This document shows, in pieces, positions 10,237 through 18,584 of a DNA stretch of 64,000 nt (position 1 is the stretch's first letter; every line of letters begins with the position of its first letter). The translations under genes were made by a program, and so were the position numbers. The stretch lies in NCBI GenBank assembly GCA_937921485.1, contig CAKZSV010000031.1, positions 6,437 through 70,436 on the forward strand. Reading direction: 5' to 3'. The DNA is from an uncultured bacterium. GTDB taxonomy: Bacteria > Spirochaetota > UBA4802 > JAGODF01. Below the pieces are notes generated by a model, which was given only the letters and a program-made list of their open reading frames with translations, was not told the origin of the DNA and did no database searches.

Positions 10237-11412
10237 TTACAGCCTTTGCTCAAGAATTTCGGCGATTTCATCAGGATTGAGTTTCACGGGATTATTCTTA
10301 TTTCCCGACTGTTCGATGATTGCGGTGAAATCGTCCCTGCACACGCCAAATGACGAAAGACGCGGTATATTCAGTTGTTCAATCCATTCTTCAAGCAATT
10401 CCACCAGGCGCTTGCAGGCACGTCCCGTTTCACGCACATCGCATCTTGCAAAAAGTGATCCGATCCGTGCGTATTTCTGCAGATAGGTATCCTGATTTTC
10501 CGCAAAGAGTTTCGTAATTGTAGCCTTCACCGCAACAGCGAGCATTGTACCGCAGGCAATACCGTGCGGGATACCGAAAAGAGCACCAAGCGGCGATGCA
10601 ATGCCATGCACCACGCCAAGCCCGGCATTTGCAAGCGTTATTCCCGACATTAATGCGGCGTATGCCATCGAAGCCCGATGTGAAATTTCTGACCCTGCGC
10701 CAGCACAAAGCGGCATGAAAGATGTTTTGAATTTTTCAAGACCGCTCCACGCAAGCGCATCGGTCATTGGATTTGCGCCGGTTGACACAAATGATTCGAT
10801 CAATTGGGTCAGTGCATCCAGGCCTGCGGCTGCGCTCACTGCAAGGGGAGTTCCCAATGCAAGTTCGGGATCGATGATGGCAATATCGGGGACAAAATTA
10901 TCGTGACGTAAAGAACGTTTGAATCCTGCTTTCCCTGTTTTGCTGAGCACCGCGTTTTTCGTAGCCTCGCTGCCGGTGCCCGCAGTCGTGGGAAGCGCGA
11001 TGAACGGCACTTTGTTGCCATTGTGTTGTTTCGTGCCCACAACTTCAAGATACTCTATTACGGAATTGCCTGTCGGGAGCATTGCAGAAACGGCCTTGCC
11101 CGCATCGATGGCACTGCCTCCTCCGATAGAAACAACAACGTCTATGTCACTATCCTTAAACTCATTCACCGCATCATCAACAACCTCGGGCGTAGGTTCA
11201 CCCGAAATTGCCAAAGGGAATGCGTCGATGTGCTCGTTCTTTAATAGCTGCAGCACCCGATCAAGCCGACCGGAAGAGCGGAGTGATGCTGATCCGGTTA
11301 CTAAAAGGCATCGCGTGCCAAACAAGCGAACCTTTTGAGGAAGAAGAGAAAGCATCCCCGCCCCAAAATAAATCGAAGGTATGCGGGCAATCGAAAACTT
11401 CAGGCTTTCCAT
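10237..11412 (-). CDS. Iron-containing alcohol dehydrogenase family protein.
   Basis: Fe-ADH family features: GGGSAIDAGK, an NAD-binding Gly-rich region, and metal-binding His residues (…AGLGVVHGIASPLG…). Confidence 0.85.
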   Translation of the reverse strand: MESLKFSIARIPSIYFGAGMLSLLPQKVRLFGTRCLLVTGSASLRSSGRLDRVLQLLKNEHIDAFPLAISGEPTPEVVDDAVNEFKDSDIDVVVSIGGGSAIDAGKAVSAMLPTGNSVIEYLEVVGTKQHNGNKVPFIALPTTAGTGSEATKNAVLSKTGKAGFKRSLRHDNFVPDIAIIDPELALGTPLAVSAAAGLDALTQLIESFVSTGANPMTDALAWSGLEKFKTSFMPLCAGAGSEISHRASMAYAALMSGITLANAGLGVVHGIASPLGALFGIPHGIACGTMLAVAVKATITKLFAENQDTYLQKYARIGSLFARCDVRETGRACKRLVELLEEWIEQLNIPRLSSFGVCRDDFTAIIEQSGNKNNPVKLNPDEIAEILEQRL

Positions 11413-11714
11413 TGCTTCCGCTCAACCGGAGCGATAACGCGATGTGCGATGCCGACTCTCGGTTTTTCCATCCAGGATTCGACGGTCTTTTTCCAGTGAA
11501 GATAGTGGGCGGTATTTTTATGGGCTCGTGCCGCATCCTCAGATTCATATGCCTCGTACAGCGTGAAGCGAGCGGGATCATCGATGCACTGAAGCACATC
11601 GAAGCGGAGATTGCCCGGCTCTCTGATTGAATCCTCGAAATTCTCGAGCGTGGCCTGAATAAAGTCTTCGATGTTTTCTTTCTTTACGTAGATTTCCACT
11701 ATCGTGACGTGCAT
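11400..11714 (-). CDS. Antibiotic biosynthesis monooxygenase (ABM)-domain protein / putative quinol monooxygenase.
   Basis: The ABM fold sequence starts at an internal Met (MHVTIVEIYVKKENIEDF…FDVLQ…YEAYESEDAARAHKNTAHY). The 143-aa table ORF probably over-extends the true start, which is at 11714. The 3' end overlaps the Fe-ADH start. Confidence 0.6.
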   Translation of the reverse strand: MHVTIVEIYVKKENIEDFIQATLENFEDSIREPGNLRFDVLQCIDDPARFTLYEAYESEDAARAHKNTAHYLHWKKTVESWMEKPRVGIAHRVIAPVERKQWKA

Positions 11715-11836
11715 TTTTTCCTCCAATTTTTTTAAACCTTCTGTACCATATGATAGATTTCCTATCAACCATTTTTTTGAGGGCATGCGGTATACGCGAT
11801 CAATATATCGAACCCGAATCGTCGGATACAACGCAA

Positions 11837-12502
11837 TCAGTGTACGATATCCACTCCTGAAATTTCACAGAGCAAAACCGGATTTCCTCCAAGCTCAGGA
11901 ATAGAAAAAAACGCGAAGGGATCATTTTTGGGAATTTTGCGAAATCGATCTGCGGCAATATTGAGCATCACCGCGCGATATGCAAGATCGAGCGTTTTTA
12001 TAACATACAGCATTTTTACTTTCTTAAATACTTCCAGTTCAACAAGATTGTCATCAACATCGAAAAGCAGATTGGTGACAAAATCGATATCGAACCCTCC
12101 TTTTTCATCGAAAATTTTATTCTGGAATTGCACTCGTGCATATATTTTTTCTTTAGAATCGATGAGTCCAGGAACATGTGATTTTTCGGTGAGTTCCGCG
12201 ATGGCGTATGTTTCATAGGCATCCGCAAACACAAGAGTGGGTACCTCCCCGGGGCCTTCATTGCCATCCCATTTGAGGCAGACCGCACCGATTTTGTTTG
12301 TGCCGCCTTGTAATTTTTTCGCATACAGCATCCAGGTATTTCCAAGTTCATTGGCGAAAATTTCTGCGATTTCATCGTCGTCAATCTGCATAAGATCCCC
12401 GACAAATTCTGTTACTCTGGAAAATTCCGGATCTGCGTGCAATTCCTCGTACTGTTTTTGAAAAATTTCGATAAACGGATTTTTCTCTGGTGTAATTTTC
12501 AT
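11837..12502 (-). CDS. Hypothetical protein (221 aa).
   Basis: Long clean ORF with no recognisable motif. Same strand as the ABM and Fe-ADH genes. Confidence 0.5.
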   Translation of the reverse strand: MKITPEKNPFIEIFQKQYEELHADPEFSRVTEFVGDLMQIDDDEIAEIFANELGNTWMLYAKKLQGGTNKIGAVCLKWDGNEGPGEVPTLVFADAYETYAIAELTEKSHVPGLIDSKEKIYARVQFQNKIFDEKGGFDIDFVTNLLFDVDDNLVELEVFKKVKMLYVIKTLDLAYRAVMLNIAADRFRKIPKNDPFAFFSIPELGGNPVLLCEISGVDIVH

Positions 12503-12556
12503 TGCAAGCTCCTTTTTTTTAATTTGTACCCGCCGCAGAATTATTTTTATCTTTCG

Positions 12557-13222
12557 TTAATGCTCCTCGTTACTCTCATCGATGTCGTTATCGTCATCCG
12601 TGAGATTTTTCTTTTCGGTTATGCCTTCTCCCTTTTCAGCCGGATCATCTCGCCTTTTTTCTTTTTTTGATTTCTTTTCTTCCGGAGGCGACATTGCGTC
12701 AAGAAGAACCCGCGCAACCGCATCACGCCTATGAAGCTGTGCGGCTTTCAGCGCAGTGATGCCTTTTGTATTGGCATGCCTGGCATCAGCCCCTTTTTCA
12801 AGAAGAAATTTTACGATTTCAACATGTCCCCGCATTGACGCCCAGATGAGCGCCGTGGTGCCGTCGTGCGATGTTGCATTTACATCTGCGCCGGCCTTTG
12901 CGAGTATCTTCACCGCGTCGAGTTTTCCCCTCTCCGCGGCTATCATCAGAGCCGTAACGCCGTTTTTCCTTTTCGCATCTATGCGGGCATCATGCGCAAT
13001 GAGATATTCCACCAATGTCGCATGCCCTTTTTCCGCAGCCCGCATGAGAGCGGTTTCGCCGCGTGAATCAGCTACATTGACATCTGCGCCTGCAAGAAGT
13101 GCTTTCCTGGCTTCATTCTCGTCACCCTTTTCCACCCCCCGCATAAGTTCTTCCTGCGGCCCTGCAAAAAGGGATACAGCAATTAAAATGATGACCGAAG
13201 CAAGAACGTGTATCTTTCGCAT
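12557..13222 (-). CDS. Secreted ankyrin-repeat protein.
   Basis: Signal peptide from the internal Met (MRKIHVLASVIILIAVSLFAG). At least four ankyrin repeats (GETALMRAAEKGHATLVEYLIAHDARIDAK…). The table ORF extends to 13276, but the probable start is 13222. Confidence 0.75.
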   Translation of the reverse strand: MRKIHVLASVIILIAVSLFAGPQEELMRGVEKGDENEARKALLAGADVNVADSRGETALMRAAEKGHATLVEYLIAHDARIDAKRKNGVTALMIAAERGKLDAVKILAKAGADVNATSHDGTTALIWASMRGHVEIVKFLLEKGADARHANTKGITALKAAQLHRRDAVARVLLDAMSPPEEKKSKKEKRRDDPAEKGEGITEKKNLTDDDNDIDESNEEH

Positions 13223-13456
13223 GAGATTACCACTGTGCCCGGTTATACTTCTGGTTGCTCGCAAAATCGTCAGCAATTTTTTTTAATTTCGCGATGATTT
13301 TTGAAAAAATTTTTTTACGAATGTCGTATTTCATCGTATTGTAAATATGCGATATCACAGGAGTTTATTATTGAAAAATAATACTTGCGATTTTCACCAT
13401 GCGTTCATATTATATCGCAATCTTTACAATCCTAAGTTTCAGGCATACATGAAATA

Positions 13457-13660
13457 ATGCTGAAAAAATTATTAGCACTTTATAAACCCGCTCCTTTCAT
13501 CGCACCGCTTCCAGAGGAAAAAGTTGATTCCACCTATCGAAGGCTTCGTATTCAGATGATGGTTACGATTTTTGCAGGCTATGCTATTTTAATTGCCAGC
13601 ATCGCATCAATGCTGTTGCTTGCTCTGACATGGCGCGCGCATGACCGGCGCGTTCATTAA
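13457..13660 (+). pseudogene. Relic N-terminal fragment of a GlpT/UhpT-family organophosphate:phosphate antiporter (MFS).
   Basis: The 67-aa ORF contains KPAPFIAPLPEEKVDSTYRRLRIQMMVTIFAGYA. This closely resembles the E. coli GlpT N-terminus (…KPAPH…LP…[22 protein letters not shown]). It stops after the first TM helix and no downstream continuation exists. Confidence 0.5.
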
Positions 13661-13692
13661 CAAATAACATATTTTTTCACGAGGTGATACGA

Positions 13693-14688
13693 ATGAAAAA
13701 GAAAATTGCTCTTGCGGTACTGCTGATTGCAGTAATTGCCTATACGGTACACTATAACTCTTGCCTTCCTTCCTATGAGTACACCGAGACCGCACTTCCC
13801 GCGAGTTTCGATGCATATTATGCGGAGCGCCTTGCGCAAAGCGCGGCATTGCACGCACGCCCTCGCAATGAAGAGCGCCTTGTACGTTACGCGCCGGGAA
13901 AAACGCCCGTGGCGATTCTCTACATTCATGGATACGGTGCTAGCCGGGCAGAAGGCGAATATGTCCTGGATAAAATCGCTGCACAGCTTAAAGCAAACAC
14001 CTATTATCTTCGCCTGCCCGGACATGGCACCAATAAAGAAGACCATAAAAACGCAACTCCGAAAGATCACCTGGATACTGCCATCACCGCACTTCGCATG
14101 ATGGATAAACTTGGCGAAAAAACCATTGTGGTAGGTACAAGCATGGGAGGGCTTATTGCAACCTATCTTGCGGCACAGTATCCCGAAAAAATGGCTGGCG
14201 TTGTGCTGGTTTCGCCTTTTTATAACTTCCCCGGTGCAGTAACAAGGCTTGTAAATCACTATCCGGTATTCAGGCTTTTCGTCGCCCTCAATCCAGTGCG
14301 CGTGAGCTCTCATCCAGTTCCTCCGGAAGAGGATAACTGGACAAAATACTGGTATCGAGAACAATATTTTATTTCTGGCAAACAGCTTATCGGGCTTGCG
14401 CGTATGATTGCCCGGGACGAGGTATTCGAAAAAGTCAGCATCCCCGTTCTTTTGCTCTATTATTATAAAGACGAAACGCATGAGGACAATACCGCATCGG
14501 TGTCGCACATGAAACTCGCCTTTGCGCATTTCGGAAAAGCGAAATCCCCCCATCCGCTGAACCGAGCCGTAGCAGTTGCCGAAGGCTCACATGTGCTGAT
14601 GAGCAAATACAGCAAAACAGATGAGAGGCTTGTGATTGCGGAAACGGTCGATTTCATTAAAAAAGCTGCAGGATTGCCTGCGAAATAA
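13693..14688 (+). CDS. Alpha/beta-hydrolase fold esterase or lipase with a signal peptide.
   Basis: GxSxG nucleophile elbow (GTSMGG) and HGYGAS oxyanion region. The ATG at 13693 has a GAGGTG RBS. The table ORF starts at an upstream GTG at 13684. Confidence 0.8.
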   Translation: MKKKIALAVLLIAVIAYTVHYNSCLPSYEYTETALPASFDAYYAERLAQSAALHARPRNEERLVRYAPGKTPVAILYIHGYGASRAEGEYVLDKIAAQLKANTYYLRLPGHGTNKEDHKNATPKDHLDTAITALRMMDKLGEKTIVVGTSMGGLIATYLAAQYPEKMAGVVLVSPFYNFPGAVTRLVNHYPVFRLFVALNPVRVSSHPVPPEEDNWTKYWYREQYFISGKQLIGLARMIARDEVFEKVSIPVLLLYYYKDETHEDNTASVSHMKLAFAHFGKAKSPHPLNRAVAVAEGSHVLMSKYSKTDERLVIAETVDFIKKAAGLPAK

Positions 14689-14690
14689 AT

Positions 14691-14811
14691 AAGGGAACTT
14701 CTAAAAACTGTTTTAAAGGATGTTCCCTTGTGGGCACAATATATAGGTAAAAACCGCTTTCTTTGATACTCATTTTAAAGATGAAAGCGGTTTTTAGAGG
14801 TGCCCATAATT
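14691..14811. repeat. Copy A of a ~120 bp structured interspersed element (candidate miniature-inverted-repeat transposable element (MITE) or structured small RNA).
   Basis: About 95% identical to 55356-55474. Internal hairpins: AAGGGAAC…GTTCCCTT (8 bp), and TGGGCAC…GTGCCCA enclosing AAAACCGCTTTC…GAAAGCGGTTTT (12 bp). It starts 3 nt after the hydrolase stop codon. Confidence 0.6.
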
Positions 14812-14864
14812 ACTACAGGCGCTGGCATAGCTGTCGCGTTTTCTTTGTGTAAGCAAAAAATTCT

Positions 14865-15257
14865 CTAAAGGAGCTTTTCGAGTTCCCGAATTACATTAAT
14901 TAGCACAAAGCGCTTTTTCTGCCTAATGCGGCTTTTGATCTTAGGTGATTCCTTGTTGATGGATTCTACTGCGGACCGCACCACCGATTTCACAAGCCCC
15001 TTGAATTCAGGGTGATGTTTGAGGCTCAATGATGCATCGTCCTGCTCCGATTCAATTTCACCGCGGTCTTCCGCATCGCCGTACCGTTTAATGAGTTCCC
15101 GTGCGGCAAGTTCCTTATCGAAATTTACGCTTTCAAGAATATCGCTGCTGCAGATGATCACTTCAAGAAGATCGAATAGCTCCTCAGTGGAGCGTTCCGG
15201 ATATTTTTTCTGCAGAAATTCGAGTACCTGATTGAACCGTTCATCCATTGCGCCCAC
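14865..15257 (-). CDS. Hypothetical protein (130 aa).
   Basis: Clean ORF convergent with the hydrolase gene. No recognisable motif. Confidence 0.45.
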   Translation of the reverse strand: MGAMDERFNQVLEFLQKKYPERSTEELFDLLEVIICSSDILESVNFDKELAARELIKRYGDAEDRGEIESEQDDASLSLKHHPEFKGLVKSVVRSAVESINKESPKIKSRIRQKKRFVLINVIRELEKLL

Positions 15258-15352
15258 CTCCGTTCAAAAAACTTTTTCTTCTTCGAAAAATCACAACCGG
15301 AATTGTTGACATATTTTCTTTCTTTCATCAGCATGCCTCATGATGAAGGGCA

Positions 15353-16159
15353 TTGAATACCGCACAACCGCAAACGTCCCCCAAGGAGGCCCACAAATTA
15401 ATGCTACTAAATGGCGTGAAAAAAAGCAAGCTTCTTTCTTTTTCGTGCGCAGACGATGTGCGCTCAGCATTATACAAACTTTCCGACGATAGGCAGGCCA
15501 GGATTTTATCAAAATTTTTCAAAACAGGCCCCGGCGAGTATGGCGAGGGAGATATTTTCTGGGGCATCAGGGTTCCGCAAATACGGTCGATTGCACGCCG
15601 GTGTTTGAACCTCCAGCTTTCTGCGCTTGATGGGCTTTTACACAACCCGGTGCATGAATGCAGGCTCTGCGCCGCGCTTGCCATTGTTGAAAAATATAAA
15701 AAGGGCGACGAAAAAATCAAGAAAACCTGTTTTCAATTTTATGTATCACACGTAACAGCAATCAACAACTGGGACATTGTCGATCTTACTGCACCTAACA
15801 TCATCGGCGATTATCTGTTCAGGAATCCGCGTGAAAGGAAACTACTCTCCCGTCTTGCAAAATCAAAAAATCTCTGGGAGCGCAGAATCGCCATTGTTGC
15901 GACGCATGAATTCATAAAAAACGGTGAACTTGAAGACACTTTTTCCATTGTGAAACTTTTGTTGAAAGACCCCCATGACCTCATCCATAAAGCGGTGGGC
16001 TGGATGCTCCGCGAAGCAGGAAAACGCAATCGTGATGCGGAGATTCAATTCCTGAATGAATATTGCACCATGATGCCGCGAACAGCGCTTCGCTATGCCA
16101 TTGAACATTTCTCAGAAAAGCAGCGCACACACTACCTTGCCTGTTCCCGGGCGCAATGA
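15353..16159 (+). CDS. DNA alkylation repair enzyme (AlkD-like HEAT-repeat DNA glycosylase family).
   Basis: Characteristic AlkD-family segments (…NWDIVD…; WERRIAIVATHEFIKNG; HDLIHKAVGWMLRE). The start may be an internal Met. Confidence 0.7.
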   Translation: MNTAQPQTSPKEAHKLMLLNGVKKSKLLSFSCADDVRSALYKLSDDRQARILSKFFKTGPGEYGEGDIFWGIRVPQIRSIARRCLNLQLSALDGLLHNPVHECRLCAALAIVEKYKKGDEKIKKTCFQFYVSHVTAINNWDIVDLTAPNIIGDYLFRNPRERKLLSRLAKSKNLWERRIAIVATHEFIKNGELEDTFSIVKLLLKDPHDLIHKAVGWMLREAGKRNRDAEIQFLNEYCTMMPRTALRYAIEHFSEKQRTHYLACSRAQ

Positions 16160-16252
16160 AATATTTTAATTGCACTAAATTATTATTGACATCTCTATAA
16201 TCTTTTTTTTAGTTCTCGTCTCAATCGTAAAATATATATTTTCGGGTTTTCT

Positions 16253-17383
16253 ATGTATAATCTATTCATCACCGGAGCCATTTTCATCTCATGCCTCTTC
16301 TCAATACAGGCATTTGCGCAAACGCATACTCCCGCGCACTGGAACGATATGGCGCGCTTTCTTGCCGGATTGCCGCTCGAGGCTTCGAGCCAGTTTGAGC
16401 AACTGACGAGGTCTAAAAACTATCTGCACCATAAGATGAAAATGAATGAATACTGGGAGCGCGTCGAAAAAGGCAATATCGCGCAGATTATCCCCTGGAG
16501 AGCCCGCTACATTGAACCTCATTTTAACCGCGGTACCGTGCTGTATCCTTTAAGCGGCGGAGATTTCATCAACATGTACACCTTTTATCCAGGCGCACGG
16601 CGGTACGTTATGATATCGCGGGAACCGGAAGGAACAATACCCGATCTCTTCTCTTTGAGCGACTCACAGCTTGCAAGCGGCCTTCAATCCATACGAAGCT
16701 GCATCTGGTCAATCGCTTCGGTGAATTATTTTGTGACAAAAGCCATGCGCGCGGAAATGAAAAACCGATACATCGGCGGTACGCTGCCGGTTTATCTCAT
16801 CTATGCGTCCCGATTGGGGCTCACCATCACCAATATTGAGCGTGTGGGCATCTCAAAAGAAGGAATGCTTTTCACGATTAACAATGGTGGCACCATCAAA
16901 GGGGAGACGCCGGTTATTAGCGGCAATCGCATTTCCTTCATCCAGCCGGGATCGAACACGCCCGGTGAACTTATATATCTTAGCATGTATATCACACCAA
17001 AATCCATGGATGCTGAAACACCAGAAGGGAAATTTCTCTCATCCCTTTCACGAATTAATGTCATCATCAAATCAGCGGTATACCTCCTGCATAGACCTGC
17101 GTATGAGCCGTTTGTCCGCGCACTTCTGCAGAGGACCAGCATGCTGATCGAAGACGATTCCGGTATTCCATTCCGCTATCTTAATCCGGATGTGTTTTCA
17201 ATTAAACTTTTCGGTGCGTTCGATACGCCGGTCAGATTGAAAGAAATACCAAATCCTCCGAAACAGCCGGATCTCGCGGATGCGATGAAAGAAAACACGA
17301 CACCGCTGCCTTTCAGCTTCGGTTATGGCGTCCTCAGGAAAGACCGTCAATCAAATTTAATATTAGCCATACGGCAACGGTGA
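16253..17383 (+). CDS. Secreted protein of unknown function, paralog A.
   Basis: Signal peptide (MYNLFITGAIFISCLFSIQAFA). Shares conserved blocks with the downstream ORF (NDMARFLAG; IIPWR; YPLSGGDFIN; ELIYLSM; NVIIKSAVYLLHR; PLPFSFGYG). Confidence 0.6.
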   Translation: MYNLFITGAIFISCLFSIQAFAQTHTPAHWNDMARFLAGLPLEASSQFEQLTRSKNYLHHKMKMNEYWERVEKGNIAQIIPWRARYIEPHFNRGTVLYPLSGGDFINMYTFYPGARRYVMISREPEGTIPDLFSLSDSQLASGLQSIRSCIWSIASVNYFVTKAMRAEMKNRYIGGTLPVYLIYASRLGLTITNIERVGISKEGMLFTINNGGTIKGETPVISGNRISFIQPGSNTPGELIYLSMYITPKSMDAETPEGKFLSSLSRINVIIKSAVYLLHRPAYEPFVRALLQRTSMLIEDDSGIPFRYLNPDVFSIKLFGAFDTPVRLKEIPNPPKQPDLADAMKENTTPLPFSFGYGVLRKDRQSNLILAIRQR

Positions 17384-18546
17384 TGAAAAACAAAATATTT
17401 TCAGGATTAGTTTTTGCTTTTTATGCGATTTGCATGTGCACTCACGCGTTTGCAACAGAGTTGCAAAGCAAAACAGAGACTGTAAATTATAATGACATGG
17501 CGCGCTATCTTGCTGGAATTCAACTTGAACAGCAAAGTTCCCTGTACCCGCTTACGCAAAAAAAATTTTTTCGTGAACACTCTGCGATGATGGAGAGGTT
17601 TTGGAGTGAGGTTCTCAGAGAAAACGTATTCAATATCATACCCTGGCGAAATTCTCATTTAATGCCTCATTATGATTATGGAACTGCGTTTTATCCGCTC
17701 TCAGGCGGCGATTTCATTAACTTCTATCTGTTTTATCCGCTTGCGAAAAAGTACATCATGGTTTCTCTCGAAGAGGCGGGTCGCCTTCCCAAATTAAACT
17801 CTTTGAAAGATCACGAACTGCAAAGCGGACTTCGATCTCTTCGCAATGCAATCGGAAATATCGCGAAGAAAAACTATATGATGTCGGCAATCATGAAGCA
17901 TGAGATGAAAAATCCTTTTCTTGAAGGAACGCTTCCGACCATACTGGTATTTGCGGCCAGAATGGAACTCGACATCCGCCGGATAGAACCGGTGATGCTA
18001 ACCGCCAGGGGAACACTGGTTTCGGCCGCCGATTTATCTCTTTCAAAAGATGAAGCCGTCGCGACCGGCAATCGTATTGTCTTCAAAGCGTCTCCCACAG
18101 GCCCGGAGCGAGAACTGATTTATCTTTCCATGCGCCTTCGTCATGATTCATTTGATCCCGTTGCTCCCGGCGGAAAATTTTTTTCCGACCTGCGGGATCT
18201 CAATGTCATTATTAAATCCGCTTTTTATCTTTTGCATCGCGCGAGTTTCGGACGATTTTGCACATCCCTGCTTGAACGGACCCGGCTGCTGATTCAGGAC
18301 GATTCAGGTCTTCCCTACAGCTTCTTTGACAATTCATCCTGGAATACCTTTTTATTCGGCCATTACACCCACCCGCTTGCCCTTCGGGACATGAAGCATC
18401 CTGTCGATCAGCCGGAGCTTGCGCGCGAATTCAAAAACAAAGCTCAGCCCCTGCCATTTAATTTCGGGTACGGTACCTGGCGTACCGATAAAAAATCCAA
18501 CCTCATCATGGCCGTAAGGAAAAGCAAAAAAAGCAATCAGAAATGA
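17380..18546 (+). CDS. Secreted protein of unknown function, paralog B (about 45% identical to paralog A).
   Basis: Its start overlaps the stop of paralog A (gTGATGa). It has a signal peptide and the same conserved blocks (NDMARYLAG; IIPWR; YPLSGGDFIN; ELIYLSM; NVIIKSAFYLLHR; PLPFNFGYG). Confidence 0.6.
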   Translation: MMKNKIFSGLVFAFYAICMCTHAFATELQSKTETVNYNDMARYLAGIQLEQQSSLYPLTQKKFFREHSAMMERFWSEVLRENVFNIIPWRNSHLMPHYDYGTAFYPLSGGDFINFYLFYPLAKKYIMVSLEEAGRLPKLNSLKDHELQSGLRSLRNAIGNIAKKNYMMSAIMKHEMKNPFLEGTLPTILVFAARMELDIRRIEPVMLTARGTLVSAADLSLSKDEAVATGNRIVFKASPTGPERELIYLSMRLRHDSFDPVAPGGKFFSDLRDLNVIIKSAFYLLHRASFGRFCTSLLERTRLLIQDDSGLPYSFFDNSSWNTFLFGHYTHPLALRDMKHPVDQPELAREFKNKAQPLPFNFGYGTWRTDKKSNLIMAVRKSKKSNQK

Positions 18547-18584
18547 AACATCGTTTTTTCGATATTATTATTATTTTTTAAAAT

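Noticed and set aside
13657-14553. A 298-aa minus-strand ORF overlapping the alpha/beta hydrolase gene.
   Set aside because: The plus-strand hydrolase has a signal peptide, a GxSxG motif and an RBS. The antisense ORF is Cys/His/Phe-rich with no motifs and is spurious. The same reasoning applies to the antisense ORFs at 36952-37521 (against NlpC/P60), 27762-28547 and 44859-45446 (against MCPs), 6765-7271 (against livG) and 634-900 (against the partial outer-membrane-protein gene).
16186-16201. TTGACA and TATAAT hexamers upstream of the secreted paralog pair.
   Set aside because: The two hexamers are only 4 nt apart, which is impossible for a single sigma70 promoter. Only the -10 hexamer might be functional. 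It is not reported as a feature.
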